From assembly GCA_964016885.1 (NCBI GenBank), contig OZ024743.1, positions 276,334,001 to 276,398,000 on the forward strand: 64,000 nt of DNA, given 5' to 3'. The notes below the pieces were generated by a model. It was given only the letters and a program-made list of their open reading frames with translations. It was not told the DNA's origin and made no database searches. The DNA is from Eledone cirrhosa. Lineage: Eukaryota. How positions within the stretch are numbered: position 1 is the first letter of the stretch; the number at the start of each line of letters is the position of its first letter. Below are positions 1 to 13,357 of the stretch, piece by piece. The position numbers and the translations under genes were made by a program.

Positions 1-52
1 ATTTCAATTTTCAAATTTTCAATGCCCTAGGGACCGCATTAGGCGATTTAGC

Positions 53-777
53 GATCTCTCTCTATAATTCTTAGTCTTTCTCTTTTTAGATAGATACATA
101 CATATATCGTCGTGACCTTATAATATATGTCTGTATGTCTGGCTATCTGCATTACGTCACTTCCCTGAGGATGTCTGTGTGTGTGTGTGTGTGTGTGAGT
201 TTGAATCCCTAAAACTCGAGAAGTACCCAACCGATTTTTTCCAAACTTTACATGTGTATTATGTTTCAGGGGGTGTTATGCACACAACAAAATTCAACTT
301 TTTGATCTCCTAGGGCTCGCATTAGGTGAAAAACTGCGTTTTTAAGCTTTTTATGGTTTTTTGAGGCGTTACGTCAGACCGATTTCCTTGAAATTGTAAC
401 TATGTATTAGTCAGTCTCTTCTTCATACCGTGAGCAAAGAAAATACAACTTTTTTAGTGTGAAAAACTTCATTTTTAGGTGAAAAACTTCATTTTTTCAG
501 CTTTTTAGAGCTTTTTGGAGGTGTTACGTCTAGCCGATTTCCCGAAATTTCAAGGCATATTATGCACATAAAAAAAATTCATTTTCTTGATCCCCTAGTG
601 AAAACCTGCATTTTTCATGCTTCATCGAGGACAATCTTAAAGATTATCCAGCCATCGGAGTAATCGGTTTATTTTCTTTACATATTGTCCAGGCAAGCAG
701 TTTTTCCACGATCAGGTCTGTTGGCGGCCCGCGTTCCAAAATACCTTATCCCGTGCAACGCCGGGTACGACTTCTAG
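53..777 (+). mobile_element. Non-autonomous Helitron-like element
   Basis: Ends in the hairpin CCCGTGCAACGCCGGG (750-765), then CTAG|T (774-778). Starts near ATCTCTCTCTATAA and has internal ~120-180 bp imperfect repeats (ccgattt...aaact; gatccctaggg...cgcattagg). The 5' boundary is approximate. Confidence 0.6.
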
Positions 778-914
778 TTTAATATAAAGCGCAGTCGCTT
801 CAAACGCGATTTCAAAAGCATGCTGTTCTGCTTTTTTTTTGTTTGGAACACATATCGTTGGAACCGACGGAGGCCCAACACACAACAGTTTATTGAATAG
901 AGATAAATTATATC

Positions 915-1060
915 TTGTTTTATCATGTTGGCACAAAGCCATGCAATTATATAGCTTAGGAATATCGGCGATGAAATCGATACAAATATTTTAATGTTAC
1001 TTATTTTATCGATCTCGAAGGGATGAAAGGTAAAGTTGACCCCAATGGGAATTGAACTGA
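915..1060 (-). mobile_element. Degenerate tRNA-derived SINE fragment (family S1)
   Basis: ttattttatcgatctcgaagggatgaaaggtaaagttgacc matches the S1 core seen at 1479-1668. Confidence 0.6.
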
Positions 1061-1478
1061 ACTAAATAGTACCGAAATACAGTTTAATTCAATAATCAAC
1101 CATTTTTATCACTCCATCGTTTTCTAACTAAGTACCTATTGATTCTCTAAATTTAGTGCAAGCTTAATATAGTGAAATATATATAGTAGAGTCCATTCGT
1201 TTTTATTCTGAGTTCATACGAACGCAAAGGGTTTGCTAAAATATTTCTGGGGTTCCTACATGGGTTGTCTGTAAAGTCTGACAGGTTTTCATGTCATTCC
1301 CCACGATATTTTAAACGAATAGGCTACTTTGCCGGTCACGGTAAATATAAATAGTGTTAGTGTTGGGTTTGGGTTAGTGTTAGGGTTAGAGTTTAAATTG
1401 TCTTAATAATTGGTGGTGAAAAGAAATAAACTTCTGTGTTAAATCTGTGTGTTGTTAATTTTAACATTATTTGCCTTC

Positions 1479-1668
1479 ATAATAATTGTTTCTACTTTTG
1501 GCACAAGGCCAGCAATTACCCAGTGTATTACTGGTACTTTATTTTATCGACCCCGTAAGGATGAAAGGCAAAGTTAACCTCGGCCCGATTTGAACTCAGA
1601 ATGGAAAGGGCCGTAACTCTTTGTGTCAAAGCATGGCGTCCGACCCTCTACCGATACTGCCAATCCAC
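1479..1668 (-). mobile_element. tRNA-derived SINE (family S1), near full length
   Basis: Reverse strand has an A box (TGGCAGTATCGG), a B box (GAGTTCAAATC), the core CTTTCATCCTTACGGGGTCGATAAAATAAAGTACC and the 3' end GGCCTTGTGCCAAAAGTAGAAACAATTATT. More than 10 copies occur in the window. Confidence 0.85.
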
Positions 1669-1880
1669 TTGTCTTCCATTTGCCTTCATAATAATGGTTT
1701 CTGATTTAGGCACAAGGTCAATAAACTCTATGCATCAAAGCATGGTGTTTGACACTCTTACCCACAAAATAACCAATGGGTCTATTTTACCTGGACCGGC
1801 AGAATAGCCTCTTCTTATTTTAAAAGCTTCTCTTTTAAAATGTTATTCTTTTATGAAATGGGATATTTTATTATATAGGG

Positions 1881-1975
1881 CAGAGGTTCTCAAAGTGGGT
1901 GCTACTGCCCCCAGGTGAGCGTTGAGAAGATCCAGGGGGGAGCGCTGGGGTCTAAGGTGCTGGTGGTGGGGGGCG
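1881..1975 (+). mobile_element. hAT-like transposon terminal fragment
   Basis: Starts CAGAGGTTCTCAAAGTGGG, a typical hAT/Charlie-type TIR. No matching opposite end found. Confidence 0.35.
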
Positions 1976-2030
1976 GTAGATATAATAGTATATTAGATAT
2001 CAAATGATATATATATATATATAGTATCTC

Positions 2031-2240
2031 TAATATTTGGGGTTTGTACATTGAAATATTAAATATAAGGGCTCTTTATGCCTCTCAGTAATATTTAGGA
2101 TCGTATAGTGAAACATTAGGCTTAGGGGCTCTTTATGTGTCTCTCAGGAATATTTGGGGTTCGTATAGTGAAATATTAAATTTAAGGGCTCTTTATGCCT
2201 CTCAATAATGTTTGGTGTATGTATAATGAAATATCAAATT
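2031..2240. repeat. ~58-60 bp minisatellite, ~3.5 copies
   Basis: Repeated taatatttgggg...tgaaatatta...agggctctttatgcctctca. Confidence 0.8.
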
Positions 2241-2302
2241 TTTTTATAAGTTTCTCATTAATATTTCGAGTGTTCAAACTGGTGAACCAATAATAACAAA
2301 AT

Positions 2303-2472
2303 TACGGGGAGATCTCCCACCCACTTTGGGGTGAGTGAGAGATGTCTTCTCTTGTGAAAATGGGTATACTTTTCATTATGCAAACTCTCCCCATTTTGCC
2401 TCATTTCTCCCCTTTTGGGGACAATTTTTCTATGGTACTCCACGTTTGGGCTTTTAGAGGTTGGCAGGTCTG
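2303..2472. mobile_element. Truncated copy of the MITE at 16996-17189
   Basis: Homologous gagatctccca...ttagaggttggcaggtctg; only one TIR is retained. Confidence 0.7.
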
Positions 2473-2509
2473 TGTATATGTATATATGTATATATGTAAT
2501 GTATATATA

Positions 2510-2598
<89 letters not shown>

Positions 2599-2651
2599 CT
2601 GTCTATCTCTCTCTCTCTCTATATATATATATATTATATTATACTATATTT

Positions 2652-2969
2652 AAGGCCCCATTCGGTCACGAATGACCATGGTTTTTCACCGAGGCACAAG
2701 CTTAGGTAAGGTGTGTTTGTGGAAGATCAGCATACCCGTCTCCCCTCTCCACGCCACCGATGTATATTTATTCATGCACACACACACACACACACGCACT
2801 CATATATATATTGCCTTTCCCTTGGACAACATTGGTGGCGTGGAGGGGGGGGGGACTGGTATGCATGGGCGACTGGTGGTCTTCCACAAACAAACCTCGC
2901 CCAGGATTGTGCCTAGGAGGGAAGTTTATGGCCTTCACATCATGGTCATTTGTGACCGAAAGGCGCCTT
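2652..2969. mobile_element. Inverted pair of SINE 3' segments (family S2)
   Basis: 2652-2763 is a diverged reverse complement of 2828-2969 (acattggtggcgtggag...catggtcatt.gtgaccgaa). A related segment lies on the minus strand at 21722-21890. Confidence 0.65.
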
Positions 2970-2977
2970 CACCCTTA

Positions 2978-3085
<108 letters not shown>

Positions 3086-3255
3086 GAAAGGTATAGAAAA
3101 GTTAAATAAGGTGATGTTAAACGGAAACTTCAATATATATATATATATATATATATATTGAAGTTTCCGTTGAAAATTGAAATGAGGACGAATGAGGACG
3201 TCTTATTCGGGAAACCTCTGGTAATGAGGTAATTATATCGTATTGTTTATTATAC

Positions 3256-3317
<62 letters not shown>

Positions 3318-3820
3318 TATATATTTATATATTTATATATATTATGTATTTTTGTAAAGAGGGTGTAATGAAAATTATCGATTTCAGTATATTTTATCAA
3401 CCACAAGGAGCTCAATAACATCAACATTCACGACAATATGATCGAGGGAGAATACCCTGGGAAGGCGTTTTGCATATGAGATGTAAATACGACAGAGTAA
3501 TGTATTTAGGCGGTGAATGATAAAGTCGTTAGAGCACGAGTCAAAATTTATTGAGTAGCAGTATTTATTTAGTTGTCTGCACAATGAGTTCGATTCTCGT
3601 CGTAGTCAACTTTGTCTTTCATCCTTCCCGGGTGGATAAGCAGTACTCATTGGCGCGTTGGATTGGAATTGCTGAAACATCGGATGAGATGCCTTGCGGC
3701 TCTTTGCGTTCTGAATTTTTCAGTGGTAGATTTAATCCGTCACCCAGTTTAACATCACCTTATTTAACTTTAGTGGATTTCATTCTGTTGTAATAGACAT
3801 GAGCCAAGTCTCATACTTAC

Positions 3821-3849
3821 ATTCCTTCTTCCCACCAGTCTTGGGTGTT
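3821..3849 (-). CDS. Candidate 29-nt micro-exon (NTQDWWEEG)
   Basis: Minus strand reads aattttttcag|aacacccaagactggtgggaagaaggaat|gtaagt: consensus acceptor and donor around an open frame. Confidence 0.35.
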
Positions 3850-4526
3850 CTGAAAAAATTTACGGCCATGGTGTCTGTCTTTCTCTCTTGACAAAGTGGT
3901 AAAAACAATCACACATATGTATTATTAACATCTTGTCTTACTGTGGGTATTTTATCAAGACTCAACATATGGAATTCAATTCAACATTGCTATCCTTTGT
4001 TAATCTTACGTCCTTGATTAATCATGAAAGTGGTTTCGTCTCAGCCAGTGAACTTATCGATGGTCATTGCTCTCTGTATTCTTATTGCAATAACTGTGGA
4101 ACTGCATCGATGACTAAGTCGCAAACAGTGAGACGAACATTTTGACACAAAGAAATAAATGATAGATATAAAGTAAAGTTAACAGTTTATGTATGTATTT
4201 TAATAACTAAAATGACTCTTCCATGTAATGACTATTTTAGTTTCAACACACGGTCTCAAATCAAGTCAACTCCGAATCTTACTACATTTTGTAACAGAAA
4301 TATCGAGTAAGTGTGGGTGATGAGGAGACACAGAGGGCAAGAGTTATCGCTAAGGCTACTTGGCTGTGATGAAAGGACTTAACTGATTAATCAACTAATT
4401 GATTAATACATTTGCTTAGAATTTTTCTAATTTTATCTATTATTTATTAGTTTACTTCTTTATGGAATGGGTCAAAATTTACTTTTGTAATGTGCTTATC
4501 GATAGAGAAGATTATGCACATACACA

Positions 4527-4589
<63 letters not shown>

Positions 4590-4590
<1 letters not shown>

Positions 4591-4721
4591 GGAAGAAATG
4601 TGGTAAGGAACCAGCTGGACCATACTTAGGATAGTAGAGTGGGTAATAGGAAAAGAGTCAGGATCCCGACGGCTGAGCTCCGGCCGTTTCGACAGCTCAG
4701 CCGTCGGGGTTCTGGCTCTTT
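4590..4721. mobile_element. (TA)n-embedded fold-back element, family P1 (internally deleted copy)
   Basis: Homologous to 7530-7746 and 8077-8264; terminal hairpin 4652-4721; (TA)n on both sides. Confidence 0.75.
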
Positions 4722-4792
4722 ATATATATACATATATGTTTATGTTATGTTACTGGTACTGTTAATGTAGTGTATAATGTAGTATATAATGC

Positions 4793-4870
<78 letters not shown>

Positions 4871-4943
4871 CATCTCCAGCAGGAAATCATCACGCAAAAT
4901 AATATATAGACTATAGTCTATTTCATGCCAGCATGCTCTGAGT

Positions 4944-4996
4944 GAGTGTCACTGATGAAAGATTAACGAATCTTGAAACAGCGCTGTCTGATGCTC
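4944..4996 (+). ncRNA. Minimal type I hammerhead ribozyme
   Basis: gagtgtca-CTGATGA-aagatt(aacg)aatctt-GAAAC-agcgct-GTC-tgatgctc: full catalytic core, 6-bp stem II, palindromic stem III region (cagcgctg), GUC cleavage triplet, 8-bp stem I with two G-U pairs. Confidence 0.85.
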
Positions 4997-5252
4997 TCAG
5001 AAATACACTGGGAATCCTACAATATATCCATAGATGAAAATGGAGAAAAATATAATTTTTCTCGTTTCGTTACGTTTCTTCGGTAGCCAGGCTACCCATT
5101 TGATTTACTGTTTATTTTTTTGTAACTCACACACACACACTACGGTCTCGCCTCATACTGTAAACTGGACAAACATCCAATACAGTCATTTTCTTTTCTA
5201 CCTGTCTTCTCTTATCATCTGTTTACCCGGGTGAAGCTGGGTACGCCAGTTA

Positions 5253-5342
<90 letters not shown>

Positions 5343-5343
5343 A

Positions 5344-5378
<35 letters not shown>

Positions 5379-5781
5379 GTGTATATGTGTGTGTGTGTAT
5401 ACATACATATATATATATATATATAGAGAGAGAGATATGGAAAGTCCCTTAAAAAGGTTTGCTAAACACATAAGCCGAAACTGCTTGGCGCCGTGGTCAG
5501 GATTTTACATATCTGTAAACCCACCTTGCATCTCCCCATGCATTGAGTACTCCCATGGTTTGTGGTTTACATTCATGATATATGTATGTAGTATATCTAT
5601 ATATATATAGATATACTACATACATACATACATATATCATGAATGTAATGGTATACGCATGAATGACTAAACTATGGGTGTATATATTTCCACATATTTT
5701 TATGTATTCATTCTTGTATTATTAGCCATTAGACAAATAAGTCACCCTGATATATAACACACCAACATCTGTGTCCCTATT

Positions 5782-5815
<34 letters not shown>

Positions 5816-5922
5816 AAACTCACCCAGAAGTTGGAAGCATAATTTCATCCAAATTATTACGTTATTACAATCAAATTAGCGAGTTCATTTCCCAGTATTT
5901 CTCTCTCTCTCTCTCTCTCTCT

Positions 5923-6026
<104 letters not shown>

Positions 6027-6156
6027 TATATATAATATATATATATATAAAGAGAGAGAGAGAGAGAGAAATACTGGGAAATGAACTCGCTAATTTCGTT
6101 TCATTTTTTCCGTTTATATAAATATCTATATAGATTAATAATTGTGCATGTATTAG

Positions 6157-6224
<68 letters not shown>

Positions 6225-6531
6225 CTAATACATGCACAATTATTAATCTATATAGATATTTATATAAACGGAAAAAATGAAACGAAATTTCATTTCCCAC
6301 TCTTAGTACGGCTGTTACTTAAATATAAGTATGTACACGTACATACATATATGTATACAGACGTACAGTAGTATGTATATATATATACATACATGCACAC
6401 ATATATATATGCACGTTTGGATTCGCCGAACATTTATTATAATGCTCGGTGTGTTTGTAAACAAACATCCCGTATTAAGCCGTAGTGTCTAGCAACCATC
6501 GTTGCTCGTTTGTTCAACACTGACAAAGGAA

Positions 6532-6572
6532 CGCTGTACTAGTTTCAAGCTTATCAGCTATCGTCAGCAACG
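6532..6572 (-). ncRNA. Minimal type I hammerhead ribozyme (P2)
   Basis: Minus strand: cgttg-CTGACGA-tagct(gata)agctt-GAAAC-ta-GTA-cagcg; palindromic stem III actagt. Confidence 0.8.
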
Positions 6573-7145
6573 TATACCTTCCTGCCAGATTGTTGAACGT
6601 ATATACTTACCTTATGCATATTAACGTATATACTTACCTTATGCATATTAACGGCTGAGTAGCCCAATTTACATATCGAGTGGGTTAATCGGCCGGGTAC
6701 ACCGAAAACGATAAACGGAAAAAATGAAACGAAATTTCATTTCCCACTCTTAATACGGCTGTTACTTAAATATAAGTATGTACACGTACATACATATATG
6801 TATACAGACGTACAGTAGTATGTATATTTATATACATACATGCACACACATATATATATATATGTACGTATGGATTCACCGAACATTTATTATAATGCTC
6901 GGTGTGTTTGTAAACAAACATCCCGTATTAAGCCGTAGTGTCTAGCAACCATCGCTGCTCGTTTGTTCAACACTGACAAAGTAACAGCCGTACTAAGAGT
7001 GGGAAATGAAATTTCGTTTCATTTTTTCCGTTTATCGTTTTCGGTGCACCCGGCCGATTAACCCACTCGATATGCAAATTGGGCTACTCAGCCGTTAATA
7101 TGCATAAGGTAAGTATATACGTTCAACAATCTGGCAGGAAGGTAT

Positions 7146-7188
7146 ACGTTGCTGACGAGAGCTAATTAGCTTGAAACTAGTACAGCGT
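7146..7188 (+). ncRNA. Minimal type I hammerhead ribozyme (P2, inverted copy)
   Basis: acgttg-CTGACGA-gagct(aatt)agctt-GAAAC-ta-GTA-cagcgt. The core is identical to the 6532 copy and the differences are confined to stem/loop II. Confidence 0.85.
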
Positions 7189-7389
7189 TCCTTTGTCAGT
7201 GTTGAACAAACGAGCAACGATGGTTGCTAGACACTACGGCTTAATACGAGATGTTTGTTTACAAACACACCGAGCATTATAATAAATGTTCGGTGAATCC
7301 ATACGTACATATATATATGTGTGCATGTATGTATATAAATATAGATACTACTGTACGTCTGTATACATATATGTATGTACGTGTACATA

Positions 7390-7529
<140 letters not shown>

Positions 7530-7741
7530 CCGAAGGAGTTGTGGTAAGGGACCAGATGGACCATAACGCACCAGAGTACTCAATACTTAGGGTAGTAGAG
7601 TGGGTAATAGGATAATGTATGACCCCGACGGCAGAGCTCAAGCCGTTTCGACGGCTATTTCTGTACTAAATCAGCATTTTGTTTTAGTCCAGACATAGCT
7701 GTCGAAACGGCTTGAGCTCTGCCGTCGGGGTCATATATTTT

Positions 7742-7746
<5 letters not shown>
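7530..7746. mobile_element. (TA)n-embedded fold-back element, family P1
   Basis: Hairpin 7607-7746 contains the 3' half of a hammerhead (GAAAC-ggc-ttgagctct-gcc-GTC-ggggtc) on both strands. Confidence 0.8.
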
Positions 7747-7786
<40 letters not shown>

Positions 7787-7858
7787 TATATACATACATA
7801 TATACATACATATATATATATATATACATACATATATATATATATATACATACACACG

Positions 7859-7916
<58 letters not shown>

Positions 7917-8021
7917 ATATATATATATATTATATATATACATATGTATATATATATATATATATATATATTATATTTGTGTATATATATATTATATTTG
8001 TGTGTATATATATATTATATT

Positions 8022-8076
<55 letters not shown>

Positions 8077-8261
8077 CGAAGGAAATGTGGTAAGGAACCA
8101 GGTGGACCATAACGCACCAAAGTACTCAATACTTGAGGTAGTAGAGTGGATAATAGGAACCAGTAAGACCCCGACAGCTGAGCTCAAGCCGTTTCGACGG
8201 CTAATTCTGGAATTAGCCGTCGAAACGGCTTGAGCTCAGCTGTCGGGGTCTTACTGGTTCC

Positions 8262-8264
<3 letters not shown>
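8077..8264. mobile_element. (TA)n-embedded fold-back element, family P1
   Basis: Near-perfect ~55-bp-arm palindrome 8153-8264 centred on gacggctaattctggaattagccgtc. Confidence 0.8.
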
Positions 8265-8294
<30 letters not shown>

Positions 8295-8730
8295 TTATTT
8301 GTATATATATATATATAGGGATGAAAAATGGCGTGCTGCATTGTTGCTGATGTGATACATATGAATTAAACAATAGAGTAAGAAGCCAGGACTATCCATC
8401 ATCAGAGATCTTCTGGCCATCATAGGTATTTCTTCGCATTAAAGATCATACACCTCAGGCCAGTTATTGGGATAAAAAGAATTGGGTGGAGAAAGAGAGA
8501 GATGTAAACAAACAAGCTCTATCCCCCTTCCCTCTCCTTGTACCTCTTACTTTCATTCACCCTCTCTGTTAGTCACCCTGTCTCAGCTAGCCTCTTCCTC
8601 ACACTTTCACTCACTCACTCTCTGCTACTCACCCTCTCTCATTTCCACCCGTCTGATCCGTGTGAAATTCTTTTCTCGCTCACATTTCGCATGGCTTGGA
8701 TGCGTCTTTCGTCTTCTCGTCAATGATATA

Positions 8731-8765
<35 letters not shown>

Positions 8766-8768
<3 letters not shown>

Positions 8769-9021
8769 AACGGAAAAAATGAAACGAAATTTCATTTCCC
8801 ACTCTTAGTACCGCTGTTACTTAAATATAAGTATGTACACGTACATACATATATGTATACAGACGTACAGTAGTATGTATATATATATACATACATGCAC
8901 ATATATATATATATGTACGTATGGATTCACCGAACATTTATTATAATGCTCGGTGTGTTTGTAAACAAACATCCCGTATTAAGCCGTAGTGTCTAGCAAC
9001 CATCGTTGCTCGTTTGTTCAA
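8766..9021 (-). mobile_element. Partial P2 copy in (TA)n
   Basis: Nearly identical to 6711-6970 with the same left boundary (taaacggaaaaaatg); TA tracts on both sides. Confidence 0.85.
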
Positions 9022-9059
9022 TATATATATATACATATATGTTCTATATATATATATAT

Positions 9060-9172
<113 letters not shown>

Positions 9173-9187
9173 TATATATATACAGAG

Positions 9188-9399
9188 ATGTGAGAAAAAC
9201 CACAAACCCTCCATCTCAACTCACCTTTTGAAAAGAAGAAGAACTGCGAAACCGGTAAAGGAACCAAATAAATATATATATTTTAAAAAAAAATAAGACT
9301 CCAGTTGCATTTTCGATTTCATCTCTTTTTCTTTATACTTTCACTCGTGTAGGACACCTCGGTTGTTTTTCGTTTTGTAAAAAAACCTCACTTTCTAAT
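9188..9399 (+). mobile_element. (TA)n-embedded element, family P3, with variant hammerhead
   Basis: Homologous to 19714-20068. Contains cctt-TTGAAAA-g(a/c)ag-aagaa-ctgc-GAAAC-cg-GTA-aagg at 9224-9261. Confidence 0.65.
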
Positions 9400-9451
9400 A
9401 TATATATATATCGAGCCCTCTTTGGATTTTAGTCTTCAAATTTATTATTAT

Positions 9452-9549
<98 letters not shown>

Positions 9550-10004
9550 GTATATAGATATGTATATATATGTATTCTTTAGTATGGTCTCATCACGAAT
9601 ATTCAAACTGTACTTCCGTTTTGAGTACTCTTTCTTACATCCGTCAATAGCATATGGATAAATATATATAAACATTAACACATATATAAACCCCTACAAA
9701 CACAAACATACATACATACACACATTCATACATATATACATTCACACATACACACGTATACACATACATAGATACAGATACACACACACACAGAAACAAA
9801 CAGATATATCATATATTTCATCAATGCCTTTTGTTGCGTGTTGTTCTGTTCCAATGTCGCCGAAAACAACAAAAATAAACAACCATACAAGTAACAACAA
9901 ATAGATAACAAATAAAGAAAAAAACCCAAACTATTTTGTTGGTTATTAAATTTTAGATCAGCAAATAATGTTGTTTGATTGTTTGTTTCACCACTACAAC
10001 CACC

Positions 10005-10032
10005 ACTGCTGTTGCTGCTGCTGCTGCTGCTG

Positions 10033-10112
<80 letters not shown>
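10005..10112. repeat. (CTG)n(CTA)n compound microsatellite
   Basis: Direct reading. Confidence 0.95.
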
Positions 10113-10172
10113 GATGGTGATGATAGTAGTAAATAGTAAGGGCGGGGAGAAGAAAGGATAAAAAAAAATAGT

Positions 10173-10253
<81 letters not shown>

Positions 10254-10264
10254 TCATGCGTTAC

Positions 10265-10297
<33 letters not shown>

Positions 10298-10357
10298 TAT
10301 ATATCAGCGTATTTGTAAATATATCTAATATATCTCTATATCTCTATATTTATAAAC

Positions 10358-10422
<65 letters not shown>

Positions 10423-10445
10423 CATACATACAATATATACACACA

Positions 10446-10558
<113 letters not shown>

Positions 10559-10912
10559 GAATTGTAGGAAATAGGATTTTATTCCTTAATCGAATTATCT
10601 AGCGTGATTTTTCTCATTTCGCATTGCTTTGATATAATTCTTCAAAGTAATATCTGTGACGGTTTTCGGTGTATTTGACATAAATAACACAGAAAAATGG
10701 TAAAAAGTAAGTAAATAAATGTGTAAATAAACTCCAAAGAACTCCACCCCAAAACAACCTCGGAACGGTCTTAGCGAGGTTATCAAATACTACTATATAA
10801 GCATAAATAAACAATCAAACAGGCCTATACATGTACAAATATATACGCACATACACGTACTATATAGAGATTACTGACACATCTACATACACATACATAC
10901 ATACATGTATAC

Positions 10913-10943
<31 letters not shown>

Positions 10944-11003
10944 CTTATATACATATATTGTTACATACACGAAACAAAGACAAACTATCTTTTTCTCTTT
11001 TCA

Positions 11004-11044
<41 letters not shown>

Positions 11045-11048
11045 ACTC

Positions 11049-11123
<75 letters not shown>

Positions 11124-11255
11124 CATAAAGAGAGAGAGAGAGAGAGAGAGTGTGTGTGAAAACGAGAGAGAGGGAAAGAGAGGATAAGCATAATCTATAA
11201 ATATCCAAAGAAATTTAATAACGTGAAATATATACATATATTAACACATACACAA

Positions 11256-11302
<47 letters not shown>

Positions 11303-11431
11303 TATATAATATAATACTCCTTATTTTTAAACAAATGAAAAAAATCCTATATAAACTGAATAAAGAACAATAGAGTCACATACACACACATATATATATA
11401 TGCGAGTCTACACACACACACACACACACAT

Positions 11432-11470
<39 letters not shown>

Positions 11471-11919
11471 CATATGTATATGTGTGTGTGAGCGCACACA
11501 GATATAAAGTTATTGAATCTTTTTGGATATTTACATATTTATCATTGACTAAATCTGGTCAATGAGTACAATGGCTGCCTGTTAAACGTTAGAAGTTATT
11601 TCGTCTTATAGACCGATTAGTTCCTTTTATGTACCACTGGTATTCGTTGCTGGAGCCCGACAGATTCGATCATCTATGACATCATATATACAGCATTATA
11701 ATTTGATATATCAGTGCTCGAATTCTACTCTTCCCACATCAAAATGAATAGAAGTATGAAATATTAGTAATAACTTAAGTTGTGTTGGTTGACATTGCTT
11801 TTGTTGTGTTACTTCAGCTCCAGTTCATCTCTGACCGAGTTGAACTATTATCAAAGGTGTTCCAGTTGAGGCCAGTCTGTTTCTTTACATAGATATTTTC
11901 TTTTAATTGTATCTAGAGG

Positions 11920-12070
11920 TTAGGTGGCGAATTGGTACAGTCGTTAGGACGTCGGAGAGAATGCTTTATGGTATTCGTTCCGGCACTCTGTGCTCTGAGT
12001 TCAAATTCTTCCGAGGTCAACTTTGCCTTTCATAAAATAAAGTACCAGTCAAGTAGAGTGGTCGATTCTT
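11920..12070 (+). mobile_element. SINE S1, diverged
   Basis: ggcgaattggtacagtcgttagg...ctgagttcaaattcttccgaggtcaactttgcctttcat...aaataaagtaccagtc. Confidence 0.7.
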
Positions 12071-12691
12071 CCTCTATATCTCATTTCCTCTCATTCACTT
12101 TCTATCTTGTATTTGTTCTGTCTTTTTGCATTCTGAGCTTTTTAGGTGATTGAATTAAACCATCATCTAGCTCTCCGATGCTTTCAGCGAAGTCCACAAC
12201 CAGGTTACTGGTTTCAGGATGTCTTCCGCCATCGCTTTCACCACTGTGAGAAGTTATGAAAAGGGTCAAGATCACTGTCCTCTTTAATTTGGACATGCTT
12301 TACTCGAACTACTGTGACGCTCATCGTCGAAACCGCTGGAGGTTCCATTTACTTATTATATATTTAAATATTTAGAAAGGAGTGGTGTTATCTTCCTATT
12401 TTTTAGTAGGTAGCTAATCGAAACTGGTTACCGTTGGTTTTTGTTGCTAGTGTTGTTATTGTTGTTGTTTATGGCCAAGTCATCCCTGACGGAGTAAAAT
12501 TATGATCAAAGACATTCCCACATTTTTACTTCCATACAGCGTATCAAGGAGTAAATTACTCAGTGACGCCATCCACGTGAAAAAACAATAGCTATCTAAG
12601 GTGTTATTGCTGTTTAGCCACACGTCGATCTGATCGTATAGACATATGATCAAAGGAATTCCAGCGCTTCCTATCACTTTTAGGAGTTTAT

Positions 12692-12767
<76 letters not shown>

Positions 12768-13127
12768 TATGTATACATACACATATACACACGCACACAC
12801 ATATCCTTTTAACTGTACAACATACGCGCGCATATATGCTCGCTTTCACACACCCACATTCTCTCTCACATATTCCACACGCTCGTTATTTTAAGTTTTC
12901 AATCAATGACCTAATAGCCATTGCGTATACCTTTCATTCATTTATAACCTTCGCAAACAAAATGTTATCCACCTGACCTCACATGAAACCTACACTGATT
13001 CTATAAGCAGGAAACTGAAAAGCATCCTCCAGTGGGTTTATACCGACCTTGTCTTTTTCAACAGCGAAATCAACAACAAAAAACCCTCAAGCACTGCTCA
13101 TCTCAAGGAAACATCATCGCACCTCAC

Positions 13128-13357
13128 CCGCCTTTGTTATCACTCCAAACTCCACGTCTCATAATCACCGAGGATCTCTCAATATAGCTAGCGCTGCATC
13201 CTAAAGATTGGTCTTTCTCTTCAGGACCAGGAATTATTCTAACATCCAACAAGTGGTGACCCTCTGCCACAAAGTTCAGAAAAGACCCATAATGGAGTAA
13301 TGCTCCCACATCTGGGATGGCGCTGTCATTGCTTACATTGGCACCCCAGAACAGCAT
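13128..13357 (-). CDS. Candidate exon of an unidentified host gene
   Basis: A pyrimidine-rich acceptor (ttttatttttcag) and a donor gg|gtgag bracket a 230-nt segment open only in phase 0 (MLFWGANVSNDSAIPDVG...RRGVWSDNKG). Non-repetitive, protein-like composition. Confidence 0.55.

Noticed and set aside
1355-1395. TTAGGG-like telomeric motif
   Set aside because: Only one or two exact units in a degenerate run; not a telomeric array.
3387-3478. Possible plus-strand exon (YFINHKELNNINIHDNMIEGEYPGKAFCI)
   Set aside because: Weak acceptor, ends in a stop, and has no supporting neighbour.
12305-12346. ctgtgacg...cgtcgaaacc hammerhead-like motif
   Set aside because: Core lacks a base (CTGTGA) and there is no convincing stem III or cleavage triplet.
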